Positions 39,846 to 51,412 of a DNA stretch of 64,000 nt are shown here, in pieces (positions within the stretch are counted from its first letter, which is position 1; every line of letters starts with the position of its first letter). Made by a program: the position numbers and the translations under genes. The notes beneath the pieces are model-generated. The model was not told where the DNA came from. It made no database searches and saw nothing but the letters and a program-made list of their open reading frames with translations. The stretch comes from Haliotis rubra (taxonomy: Eukaryota), in assembly GCF_003918875.1 (NCBI RefSeq), contig NW_025767246.1, positions 930,001-994,000 on the forward strand, given 5' to 3'.

Positions 39846-40329
39846 TAAATTTAGTATCCATTCTGTCTTATACTCGAATGTGATTGGTCAGTGAGAGAGT
39901 CAAACATCGCATTATTTAGTAAGGATTCGCGTCTTGTACAGTCAGGATCGATACGCAGTTTCAAATATTAAACGTAGGTTGTAAAAAGTTTAAATTACGA
40001 GATGTGTTTTTTAATAAAATTAGGAACTGTGGAAAGCAATTCGGATAGAGATCCAGATGTGAAATGACCAACATCACGTATACTGCTAAGGCACTTTATC
40101 CGCAGAACGTTGTGAAGATATAATGGTGGTGCTTAGTTATGCTTAGAGGTGTTTGGTGGTGCTTAAATGTGCTTAGTAGTGAAGGGTTCTGATAATTTGT
40201 GCGTGGTGGCGCTCATTGGCTCACGGTGAATGGGGGTTTGAAAATAGGTCTTGCAAAGCTCTCAAAATTGTCTGTAAATGCAGCTTATTATAATGGTCTG
40301 CCGTCCTCATTGTATGTTTCACAGAGTTT

Positions 40330-40814
40330 TTATTTGTTGTTTTACGCCGCACTCAGCAGTATTCCAGCTATATGGCTGCCGTCTGTAAATAGTCGAGTCT
40401 GGACTAGTCCAGTGATCAACAACATGAGCATTGATGCAATGACATGTCGTGAAGAATGAACGTTCTGATGTGATCATAATGGCTTGTCCTCGTATCCTTG
40501 TTGAGTGGAAGTGAAAACTGAGATCTGGTCGGAAAGAGCGAGATGAAATCATGTCCTCTGTGGGTTTTTTTCCTTCTATTTGTAACTTAATAGTTAATGC
40601 ATGTTGCAAGACTGAAACAAAAATACTGATATAAAGCTTTAGGAATGGTATTTGTATACAGGTATCAACATCATATACAGGTGGTTAACATCATGAGCAA
40701 ATGGGATACGATGACATGTGTCAACCAAGTCAGTTAGTCTGACCTCCCTATCCGTTGGTCTCTTATGACAAGCGTGGGATGCTGAAGACCAATTCTTTCC
40801 CCGATTTTCACGGG
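40330..40814 (-). mobile_element. SINE-B copy in two pieces (40330-40445 and 40685-40814)
   Basis: Tail tttacgccgcactcagcagtattccagctatatgg; head ...gctgaagaccaattctttccccgattttcacggg. Confidence 0.8.
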
Positions 40815-42465
40815 TTTCAGAGTGAGTATAACGGGTATTGTATTAGGTACAGGAGTGGGCATCCCAAAATGGATACAGCCCAATATATGAACAATGACGT
40901 CAAAGGCATGACTATCTAGGTGGGTATGGCATTCACCTCAACTCAATCCGTAATCATGGCATCATTATCTAATGAACATGAACTCGAAAGCTCTGCTGGC
41001 AAACCTAGCAACACAATCGGAGAGAACCGGAATTCCAACCCACGGCCACAGGATTCTTGTGTGCCAAAGGGAGGGAACCTCTCCACAGCTAAATGCGGCG
41101 CTACAGATTACCGGTGATATTTATTATTCACCATTCAAGAGAAAATGCCTTAAACGGGATTTCCCGATGNNNNNNNNNNNNNNNNNNNNNNNNNNNNNNN
41201 NNNNNNNNNNNNNNNNNNNNNNNNNNNNNNNNNNNNNNNNNNNNNNNNNNNNNNNNNNNNNNNNNNNNNNNNNNNNNNNNNNNNNNNNNNNNNNNNNNNN
41301 NNNNNNNNNNNNNNNNNNNNNNNNNNNNNNNNTTTACTCACGACGGGAATCGAACCTGAACTTACGATATGCAGAGGAAACGCTTTAACCACTGGGCTAC
41401 CCAAATACCCTTGATTAATGAAATATGTCACAGATTTCGATCAGTTTAAGATTGAGATTATATAATAAAGATATTAGCACTTTCCACTGTTTTCGTACCA
41501 CTCGAATCATATACGAGGAATAGAAAATAAGAATATTCGTAAAGTATAGCGTTTACGATAGGAAAACAGCCTCGGTAATAACCCCTATATAACCAAACAA
41601 ATCATCTCACTGTCCCACATCAAAGGGTTAATCTAGTAATATAGCAATAAAAAGATGATATAACTTCATCATTTTTTCGGTCTAACTCGTGTCTGACTTT
41701 CATCATTTTATTCTCATCCTTCATCCGACTTTCATCTTGTTTTGTAAAACGCAATAACACCGAGCTGTTTGCTATAAATACAATCTTTGATGATCACCAA
41801 CAGCGTCATACGAAGTACCCAGTTTACAGTATGGCGCCACTGTTAACAAAACCTACAGAATTGGCTTTTTACACTTAGGAAATATAGACCAGTATTTAGT
41901 CTGTGAAAAAATACAATTTTTTAGAAACAGAGGCTGCAAATCAATACGAAAACAGCCCTAGTGAGATAAGTGTTTGGGAACCTGTTGTTTCTCTAGACTT
42001 GCTTTATTTGGGTTAAATCATTAGAGTAAGGGCTGGCTCCAGGGAAAGAATATGGTATAGAGACTGTGAGACAGTCTCGGAGGAAATGCACCGTCAGTAG
42101 TTATACCGACCATTGAGTTATGTTCCCTTGTGTAAATGATTTGAATCCGTAGTTTACAACAGAGCTCCATCCCACGTCCGGAAGTCGTTGTTGAAGTGCA
42201 GGTACGTGCAGGAGTGTAGTCTAGGGTTGATTAGAGATTTGTCTTAGCAGATGTAGCAAAAACGCGCATCATGTTTAATCTTGTTCGCATCACAGGTCAT
42301 AAATCAACGAAATTACGAAACGTTGATCGGGGAGATTAGGTTGGTGTTTGGCTGTATATGGGTACCCGATAGGACGATATCGCCTTTCCCATGCTTTTCA
42401 TTACATCTCTGATTAAATAGTCATCCAACTTGTAATCACTTATAAGGCATCATAAACCTCATTTG

Positions 42466-42750
42466 TGATGATGATAGTGATTATGATTATGGTGATGATG
42501 ACAACGGCGACGATGATAAAACCGCCCTAATGACATTAACATCTTAAAATGACGTCATGATGATGAAGATGATGATGATAAGATTTATGGATGTAAACTT
42601 CATTATTGTGAATAACACGACGTTTCGGCGTGTATACTTGCTCCTTCACCTGATGTATTCCACTGATGATGATGATAGTGATGGTGATGGTGATGGTGAT
42701 GATGATGGTGGTGATGATGATGATGATGATGATGGTGATGGTGATGATGA
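42466..42750. repeat. (GAT)n-type microsatellite region interrupted by a Penelope-like terminal fragment
   Basis: gatgat runs on both sides of 42583-42660. Confidence 0.85.
42583..42660 (-). ncRNA. Degenerate minimal hammerhead-like motif plus tail, Penelope-like terminal remnant
   Basis: Minus strand: gaatacat CAGGTGA a ggag...cgcc GAAAC GTC gtgttattc acaataatgaagtttacatccataaa. Confidence 0.55.
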
Positions 42751-43289
42751 ATAGCTCTCAAAAGTAGTTTTTCGAGGACACCTACCAACAGATGCGTAAA
42801 ATTTATCTAACAATGAACCGACCAACTGTTATTTTGGAACTTCTAAAAGTAGTTAATACAAGGTGATTAAAAGACACATTTTAAAGAAACAGATTCGTTA
42901 TATTAGTGTAATAGCTGTTTGATAGGCAGATGACAGACAACAAAGGTGTTATCAATAAACTGTAATTACTTTCTCATCAGTCAGCTTCCCAGGAATACCC
43001 ATCAGACAATACATGATGATTATCACGATATAAAAAACACACAGGTTCACTGTATAGATGATATGATTATTAACCAACAGCATATGGTCCCATGATAAAT
43101 TACCGACATTTGTGATTTGAAAAATTAATTGTACAATTCCTCAGCTTTCGGCCAAATGCGAGACATTTTTAGAAAACCAAAACTCGTTGTGGAAACAAAT
43201 CGGCTGATTCCAAATAAAAACATGGAAATAGTGACAAAAAATAATGTCCCCCTCCACAACATATTAAATGGCCGACCCCTAAATCTCAC

Positions 43290-45500
43290 AATCACCCATT
43301 TCTTCTTGTCCACCGCTTCTTTTTCTGTTACAGATTCCTGTATTAAGGTTAAGTCAACTCTTATTTCTTGAAGCTTCTCTCAGCGCGCTGGCCGGAATCT
43401 TCACTGCTGAGATTCCTTTTGATCTGATCCTATTGGGGCTGTCAGGGCCAGATAGGCAACCTGCAACAGTTTAAAGCCGTTCTTGGAGGAGATCTCCACG
43501 GAACCTGTTTGCTTGCGACAGAAGGCTCCCAAGGGACTCAGCTTTAGTGACAACCACCATTAGCAGTGTAATGGCGAGTTGAACATGCCGTCGGTTGGTC
43601 CAACACTTCACAGCAAGTATGTGGTAAAAGCACCCTGGAATACTCTCTTCAGAGCTGGGGACCTAAAGACAGCGAAAAAATTAAAAAGAAAACAGAAACA
43701 ATGTTATTGGTACCGATGAACAACTCCTGTTGTGATTGGTAAATCCCTGTGATAAATAGTTCCATTATAGTCCACGAGAAACAATTCATGTAGAAGTCTT
43801 CACGATCAGAACTGATGCATTGCAAACTTTTGGTCTTCGCTTGAACCAACACAGTCACCTAAATGAAGTTAGACATCAGGATCTATGAAATTAATTCTAA
43901 AAAAATCCCTCACCTATCTTAATTCAAAGCCTAAAAGGGAATGAGTATCGTCTGTAAGAGCTGCGAATGGGATGGTTGATTCTTTATTCAATATATACTC
44001 TTGGCTCTAAAAGACAAATCAGTCACCAAATTAAGTATCAGGATCTATGAAATTAGTTCTACAAAAATCCCTCATATGTATTACTTCAGAGCTGAAAAAG
44101 GGATGAGTATCGTCTGAAACAGCTGAGAATGGGATGGGTGAATCTTTATTCAATATATACTCCTGGCTCTGAAAGACAGATCAGTCCATGCTGAACATAA
44201 ATGTTAGAATCTGAGCTAGCAATTGTGTGATACATATACCACTGTCTGTCTCCGGTTTCCGGCAGACGATAGAAAGCTAAAACTGACAGGAAATGTTGGA
44301 ATTTTTTACATCGATTCCATCGTCCATGATAATAATTTCATTTCCTTTCGGAGGCAATTACAGACGACACGGAGAGTTACCGTCAAGAATAGAAATTTCA
44401 CCTAGCGCAAGATAGGAGTTCATCCATCGTCCGTCTCGCTAACCTGATAAGTCCATCAGGAAAACTGATTTTTCCCCCATCATTGAAGCTTTCAGAGAAG
44501 GCAGCGGGACGGAGCCTGGTCACAGGGCAGAGCAGCACTCTTCCGGCGCTGGTCTAATTTGCCACTTAATTTTGTGTATGGGGGAGCACGGCCCTGAGTT
44601 CGCTGCTTCTGACATTTACCGCACATTCAACCCTCCCTGGTCCTTGTGGCGCGTCTCCGAACATCAAAGACGTTGCAGCGTTGTTGTCTTGTCGTCTCCG
44701 ATGCCGCGGACCATCTTCAGTAGAGGAGAACGTTCCCAAGGGAACAGGGAGAGTGCGTGTCTCGGTGTCCAGAGAGTCATCAAGAAGGATGTTCCCGTGT
44801 GACCTTCATGGTGTTACGTTACGACTCGCCGTCGGTCGTACAACACGTTCCATCCCAATGCCCGCCTTGTCTCCTGGAATTCAACCCTCGTATATTTTTA
44901 CTGGCCACGAAAGTTCGATGAAATTGAAACGTGGTCGTGGACCATAAAACATGATTCCTTGTCGACGATAGGGAGCGAGAGATGTTGCCTCCGCGGGGGA
45001 CCTATTAATGAAACTTCAGGTTCCACTTTTGAAATGTACAATATTGCAGCCATGCCTAAAGCAAGGGGAGGTCACTCTAGTCTAGATTCCCGGATTCGAG
45101 TTGCACCCCGAAGCGCCATGTTGTCCAGAAAAAGCACCGGGTCTTGTTGAATTCTGCTCATATTGCATCCTCAATGAAAAAGCTCTCTGTGTTTCATATA
45201 TATTGGGACTGGCAGCGTATGGACTTAAATCGATATTCTATATCATTTGCGGCTGTCCAGGCAATTTGTTCTTATATGTCCCAGTGTATCTAAAAACATC
45301 TGATGGAACATAATTCACTTAAAAAATCTTACAAATCTTGCTGAGCGGCTCTGACGGGAAGTGGTAAATGTCTGCACTGTAACCTCGATAAGTAGAAAGT
45401 TGTCTGAATACGTTTCCAGTGGAAAAGCCGAAGAAACGTGCCGTCCTCTGTAACGAATTAATTTCTTTGGTATAGTAAGCCTACGGTTATTTTTAAGCTT
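43290..45500 (-). pseudogene. Heavily decayed hAT transposase
   Basis: Collinear remnants: SPY....IYET (~SP.FS..IDETTD, ~45200), RQHLSLPIVD (~C.AHRL.LA, ~44970), VTP*RSH (~TRWLSH, ~44805), FKLLQVAYLALTAPIGS...EKL (hAT C-terminal dimerisation domain, ~43450). Confidence 0.65.
43877..44186. repeat. Two-copy ~161-bp tandem duplication
   Basis: tcaggatctatgaaatta...atgagtatcgtctg...tctttattcaatatatact...atcagtc at 43877 and 44038. Confidence 0.9.
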
Positions 45501-45635
45501 CAATCAGCCACGTGAAAGAAAAAACGCTACTCTACACATGAAAGAGCTAAGCATTACAGACTCAACCAACGCTAGTGTTGACACGCGGTGTTCTTTAATG
45601 TACTAGGACACCTGGCATGGTGCTGTCTTTAAATA

Positions 45636-45936
45636 CCCATGAAGATCCGGGCTAGCAGTACTCTTCAGCCACCCTGCCACCCTGCCACCCTGCCACCCTG
45701 CCACCCTGCCACGCTGCCACCTAGCCACCCATGCTTATCGTAAGAGACGACTAACGGGATCGGGTGGTCAGGCTCGCTGACTTGGTTGACAAATGTCATC
45801 GTATCCCAACTGCATAGATCGATGTTCCCAATGTTGATCACTGGATTGTCTGGTCAGACTCGAATATTTACAGACAGCCGTCATGTAGCTGGAATATTGC
45901 TGAGTGAGGCGTTAAACAAAAACAAACAAATAAAAT
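45636..45936 (+). mobile_element. SINE-B full length with internal (ccaccctg)n expansion
   Basis: Starts cccatgaagatccggg; 13-bp TSD ctgtc[t/c]ttaaata at 45623-45635 and 45937-45949; (aaac)n tail. Confidence 0.93.
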
Positions 45937-45994
45937 CTGTCCTTAAATATTGTTGACAGGACTGTAATATACTGGAGTTTTACTTGGTCCATCA

Positions 45995-46237
45995 TCCGTG
46001 AAGGTCCGGGTTACAATGAACTTTCAGGAACCAATGCTTGTCGTAAGAGGCGACTAACGGGATCGGGTGGTCAAGCTCCCTGGCTTGGTTGACACATGTC
46101 ATCGGTTCCCAATTGCGCAGGTCGATGTTCATGCTGTTGATCACTGGATTGTCTGGTCCAGACTTGATTATTTGAAAACCACCGCCATATAGCTGGAATA
46201 TTGCTGAGTGCGGCGTAAACCTAAACTAACTCACTAC
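45995..46237 (+). mobile_element. SINE-B full length
   Basis: Starts tccgtgaaggtccggg; 10-bp TSD tggtccatca at 45985-45994 and 46238-46247. Confidence 0.93.
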
Positions 46238-47231
46238 TGGTCCATCACGGTTCAAACCCCTACCGCGTCAAATGAAGTGACAATATGGTTCTTGGAAACA
46301 TGGCACTGGTCAGTTTGGAGCCAGTATACTGTCAGAGTGGGATATCCGCATTAAACTGCTGGCGCTATAAAACCGCTATAACTCATGACTCGCCAGCATC
46401 AGCATCACACACACACGTGCATGCATGTCACTCCGTGACCGCAGTAACCTTGAACATCAAGCCTCATTTCACATCAGCAGTTCAGTACCAACGGATCTGT
46501 GACTGCACATGAAATTATTTCATACTTCAAAGCACTCTTCAGAGAATTCTTCAAGACAGACACCCGGTGTTGTGGCAGTGTCTTCTGATGCTTTAAGTCT
46601 AAATCTGATTCCCTGAACCACAATAGGATTAGCTTTCAAAGCACAATATCCCAACCGACCTACACATAGATTCACGTGATAACCACTCGAGACTCAAAAC
46701 CATATTTCCTTCCAAAATATACTAAAACAGAGAGACAGATACATCATTCCTTTATTGACATCAATGGTATTTCACATGGGCCGAGTCCGGCGTAGATTTC
46801 TGGCTGATACGTTTGTCAAAACGCAAATAATTCCCAGTGACCGTGCCCGACTGGTAGACATAGAAACATGATATTGCCCATACGCAATATTAGGTAAACG
46901 CAATTAGCTGTCTGCCCTAGATGATGCGACATGGGTCTAGGGAAGCCATTAAATGTGTTTACAGCCGGCAGTAGAAGTCGGAATGGCATCGCTCGCCAAT
47001 GTTTTTGTTCATTACTGCCAGAGCAACGTTGCCGGCGTTTGTTCGATCTGACGCTTGCAAGAAGGGCCCCTGTGATCAATTCTGCTTAAAATAAACCCCC
47101 TCACTAGTGTTTAGTGGTGCTGTATAGATCGGCTGATTGACTAGGGGATGGCTAAAGCTGAAGTAACGGTACTTGGGGATGAATTGTCAGAACGTGTGAT
47201 GAGATGGGTGAAAAAAGATCCTCTGACGGTG

Positions 47232-47915
47232 GTGGATTTAGCGATCGGAGTGAGTTCTTGGAAAATGCATTAGATTTGCAATGGGTAGATATAGCGCTCT
47301 GGGTGAAATTCTTATGCAACCACTGACGTTAGGTAGATTTAAAGATCAGGGTGAGTCGATTAGATATACTCTAGATAACCAAAAGGTAGATAAAGCTCTC
47401 TGGGTGAGATTCTTGTTTAACCACTGACGTTGGGTAGATTTAAAGATCAGGGCGAGTCGCATGGATCAGCTCTAGATTATCAATAGGAAGATATACCGCC
47501 AAGGGTGAGATTCTTGTGCAACCACTGACGTTGGGTATCCTTAGCAATCAGGGTGAGTTGCTTGAATATACTCCAGTAATAGGTAGAGTTAGCGATCAGG
47601 GTGAGGCTCTTGTGTAACCGCTGACGGGTAGATAAAGCGATGAGTTGCTGCAATGTGATTCTGGTGTATCGACTGGCCACGGGTAGATATAGCGATCAGA
47701 GCAAGTTGTTAGAAGATCTACGAGCTAGACAATGGGTAGATATGGCGATCAGGGTGAGATTCTGGTGTATCGACTGGCCACGGGTAGATATAGCGATCAG
47801 AGCAAGTTGTTGGAAGATCTACGAGCTAGACAATGGGTAGATATGGCGATCAGGGTGAGATTCTGGTGTATCGACTGACGCTGGGTAGATGAAGCGATAT
47901 GGTTCAGTTGCTTTT
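47232..47915. repeat. Minisatellite with a 53+48 = 101-bp dimer
   Basis: gggtagat starts at 47681, 47734, 47782, 47835, 47883; more diverged units upstream. Confidence 0.9.
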
Positions 47916-47919
47916 AAGA

Positions 47920-49180
47920 TTGTATTATTTTTTTTCACTCATTACTCACGTATTAAATATGAATATTAGCAGAAGATAACTCCAGATTCAAAGACAGGTG
48001 AACAGTTAGTATTTTGTCAAGTCACCATGGGCAGCAATGCAGGCTTCAATGCGGCGGGGCATACTACTGATCAAAGAAGTTAGAAAGTCGTGGTCCATGC
48101 TGTCCTAATATCGGACCACCTCTTCTTTCATTTCAGCAATATTTGTCAGATTTTTTTTATTGACACTTTCCTTCATAAGTCCCCAAACATTTTCTATTGG
48201 ATTTAGGTCAGGGCTATAGCTTGGCCAATCTAATAATGTCATATTTTGGGTCCGAAACCAGACCTGTGAATGCTTTGAACGATGTTTTGGGTCGTTGTCC
48301 TGCTGGAAAATCCAAAAATTTCCATAGAACACGTGAGCAGATGGAAGTAAATGTCCCTCCAGAATATCTGTGTACCGCTCACTGTTCATATTCCCTTCAA
48401 ATACACAGAGGGGCGTTGCCCCTAACACAGATATGCCACCCCACACGTTAAATTTCGGACTGTACTTTGGGCGCTGATACGAAGGTTTTTCAGTTTGTTT
48501 GGTCCAGAATTTCAGTGTATTAGGAAACAGCCACACAGAACTTTCATCTGAGAAAATCACATTGTCCCAGTTTAAATTTCTATGCTGTAAGCACCAGTTC
48601 AACCTTCGCTCCTTTTGTTCAGGTTTCATGATCGGTGATGGAATTCCTCGACTTTTCTGCCAACCCATTGCATGCAGCTCAGTTCTAATTGTCTCCTTAC
48701 AGACAGCCACAGTTCCTCTATCAATCATATCCAGCCTTAAGTTTTCTAAACTCCTTCGTTTGTTTTTAGAAACAAGAATACCAAGCCGCCTCCTGTCACC
48801 GACAGTCAATTTTCTGGGCCTAGCTGCGCCTCCCTGGTGCTCAATACCATATCCATTTGCAATATTTTTCAAAACACGATAAACAGTGGACAAAGGGATG
48901 CCTGTTCTACTTGAAGTCACTTTAGCGGATCTGATGTCCTTGTTATAATACTCTAAAATCAACTTCCTCTTCTCTAAATCATCCATACTGAGAATCACTG
49001 AAAATGTCGTCTGCTAGCAAGTAACCAAAGGGGGATAACTCTTCACGAACTAATGAAAAAGGATTAACGGAGTTGTCTCTCTTGAATGAAACCAAGCACT
49101 TGATAGCTGGTCAAGATTGTTTATACTAGAAATCCAATTAAACATATTCCTAAAATTCTCAATAATTTCTGGTCATACTA
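47920..49180 (-). mobile_element. Tc1-family DNA transposon with one TIR retained
   Basis: 5' terminus TA|tagtatgaccagaaattattgagaa at 49180; no matching TIR visible at the left end. Confidence 0.85.
48006..48986 (-). pseudogene. Tc1 DD34E transposase (about 326 codons) with a single premature TAG
   Basis: N-terminal HTH; IFSDES, FQQDNDPKH, WPSYSPDLNPIENVW with 34 residues between D and E; the frame continues past the TAG at 48105 as DSMDHDFLTSLISSMPRRIEACIAAHGDLTKY*. Confidence 0.95.
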
Positions 49181-49324
49181 TATATACTCTCCGTTACCAA
49201 TGGATTGATTTAGCGAGGGTGAGACGAGTTCAGGGTGGGGTGCCGATATCGAGGGCGTTGTGGAAGGTGGCGAGCTGACATTGAGGAGGTCGTTTGGGTA
49301 CAGCCATTGGTCAAGTAATTGGCG

Positions 49325-49545
49325 GTGGAGTACCGCCATTGATGACGTTATTTTCGGTGGTAGTGGGTTAACGTCATTGACGACGCTGTTTGAAGTGGGG
49401 TTGTAGGTGCTGTCATTGATGACGACTTTGACGGTTGTGGTGTTGAAGTACCGTCATTGACGACGTTGTTTGGTAGTTGTGATGCCGTCACTGCCAACGT
49501 ATACGTAATAGGCAGTAGGGTGGTAGAGTACCGTCACTGAAGAGA
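49325..49545. repeat. Degenerate ~33-42-bp repeat with a gtcattga[t/c]gacg core
   Basis: The core recurs 5-6 times. Confidence 0.7.
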
Positions 49546-49717
49546 GAGGAGGTTGTTATTGAGAAGGTTGCTGGTAGAGGGTTTTGTGCGTGCGTGCGTA
49601 CGTACGTTCGTGTGTGCGTGTGTGTTGGGGATGGGGGTATTCATTGATGATGTGGCTGTCGATGGACTGTGTATTTAATTGGCTGATTAAAGTATAAAGC
49701 TGACCTAAAATCCAGCG

Positions 49718-49874
49718 GGTGAGCATATTTTTACGCCGCTTTTAGCAATATTTCAGCCATTACACGGCGGGGGACATCTGAATGGACTTAACACATTGTA
49801 CCCATGTGGGAATCGAAACCGGGTCTTCGGCGAGACGAGCGAACGCTTTAACCACGTGGCTATCCCCCGGCCCC
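49718..49874 (-). mobile_element. SINE-A full length
   Basis: Matches the consensus; flanked by ctaaaat[c/t]cag direct repeats. Confidence 0.9.
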
Positions 49875-51269
49875 TAAAATTCAGAAATGTTGGGGTTAAT
49901 GTAATATGATTATTAATATTTGTTTAAGTAAATCCCTCGAAAAAATTGAAATATCGAATTTTGAAATTAGGCATCAAATTATTATTTAATTTCACTAATT
50001 CAATAGAAAAATCAAAAATCAAAGACACAAAACCTGCTCTGTTGGACATCTTCCTTAAACATCAATGATCACGTGAACATTTACCATATTTATTTTTATA
50101 ACAGCCTTGCGTCTGATTTATGCCAGAATTAAATAAAATGTTGATATATCGATCGACAAAAACGTGTTGTCGTGAAGAATCTCGTCCAGATTGCAATGTG
50201 TATATTAACAGATCCCCCGTATTTACCGGGGAACTCGCTGTCAAGACGAGATAGGCCATTGAATTGATTTCGCATCACAGCCCTTGGCTCTCCCCAGTTC
50301 CAACCAAATTACGTTATCCCTCCCCTTATAAGTCACCGTCCGCAAAAAAAGATATAATGTCATTTAAACTCTAGTTAGGGTTGCAAAGCACACAAATATT
50401 TCACGCGAAAAGTAGCGTAATAATCACTCGCCAGTAGCTGGTGCAGAGGGACTGTTGACATGGAATCGACAGAACGGTGACTGATAGTCTCGGAAACACT
50501 TCATCTTTACACAGCATCATTAAGGCCGGGCGTTCTCATTAGGCCCCCGTCAGGGGTCGCAGTGTCAGCGTGACATACATTAAAATGTTGGAAATTTTAA
50601 AATTTAAATTTGTGTATGTACTATGCGGTATAAAGTAATATGATCTTAATTCTGCACCACTCAAGCTTATGGTCATTCGGCACTGGAAATATTCACTTTA
50701 AACTTGTATATTGTGGAACCTCGTCAATCCGGATATTCGATATTCCGGGCGACTTGTGACGGGAACGTGTAAATGTTCCCGATGTGACGTCAAATATTAA
50801 TGGTTAAAATTGGAACTTTTGAACAAATTAATGTAGTGAATTTCATTAGGAATTACAATCCTAATTATATTGTTCAGAGTGATGGAACATGCTAGCAGTG
50901 CTTTTATCCCAACCGTCTCCTGCATCAGCAGCATCACTTGCGCCACCTGCATCATCAACCTCATAGTTTCACTTTCATCACATCTGTCACCTGCATCATA
51001 TCAGTTCACGTGTGTCACGTACAAACTGTCACAATGGGGAGTGACCTTGCCCAGCTAGCTCAGAGGTCAAATCGTTGACCTGCAATGTTGAAGTCACAGA
51101 TGTGACTCCACACATGAATATGTTGAGTGAAGTCCGATCTTTAATCGTCACATTGTTAAAATAATATTCAACGCCGCGAACAATTAATTTGAGAATATCG
51201 TGCGTGTGGAATTTCTATCCCCGGTACCTTCAAACCAAAATACGCCAATTGATGGTACTTCCTTACCTT

Positions 51270-51412
51270 ACACATGTAATCTATCCCAATTGCGTGGATC
51301 GATGCTCAGGCTGTTGATCACTGGATTGTCTGGTCCTGATTCGATTATTTACAAACCGCCGCCATGTAGCTCGAATATTGCTGAGTGCTGCGTAAAACCA
51401 AACTCACTCACT
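51270..51412 (+). mobile_element. SINE-B 3' half with a SINE-A-type (actc)n tail
   Basis: cccaattgcgtggatcgatgctca...gatcactggattgtctggtcc...gctgagtgctgcgtaaaaccaaactcactcact. Confidence 0.87.
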
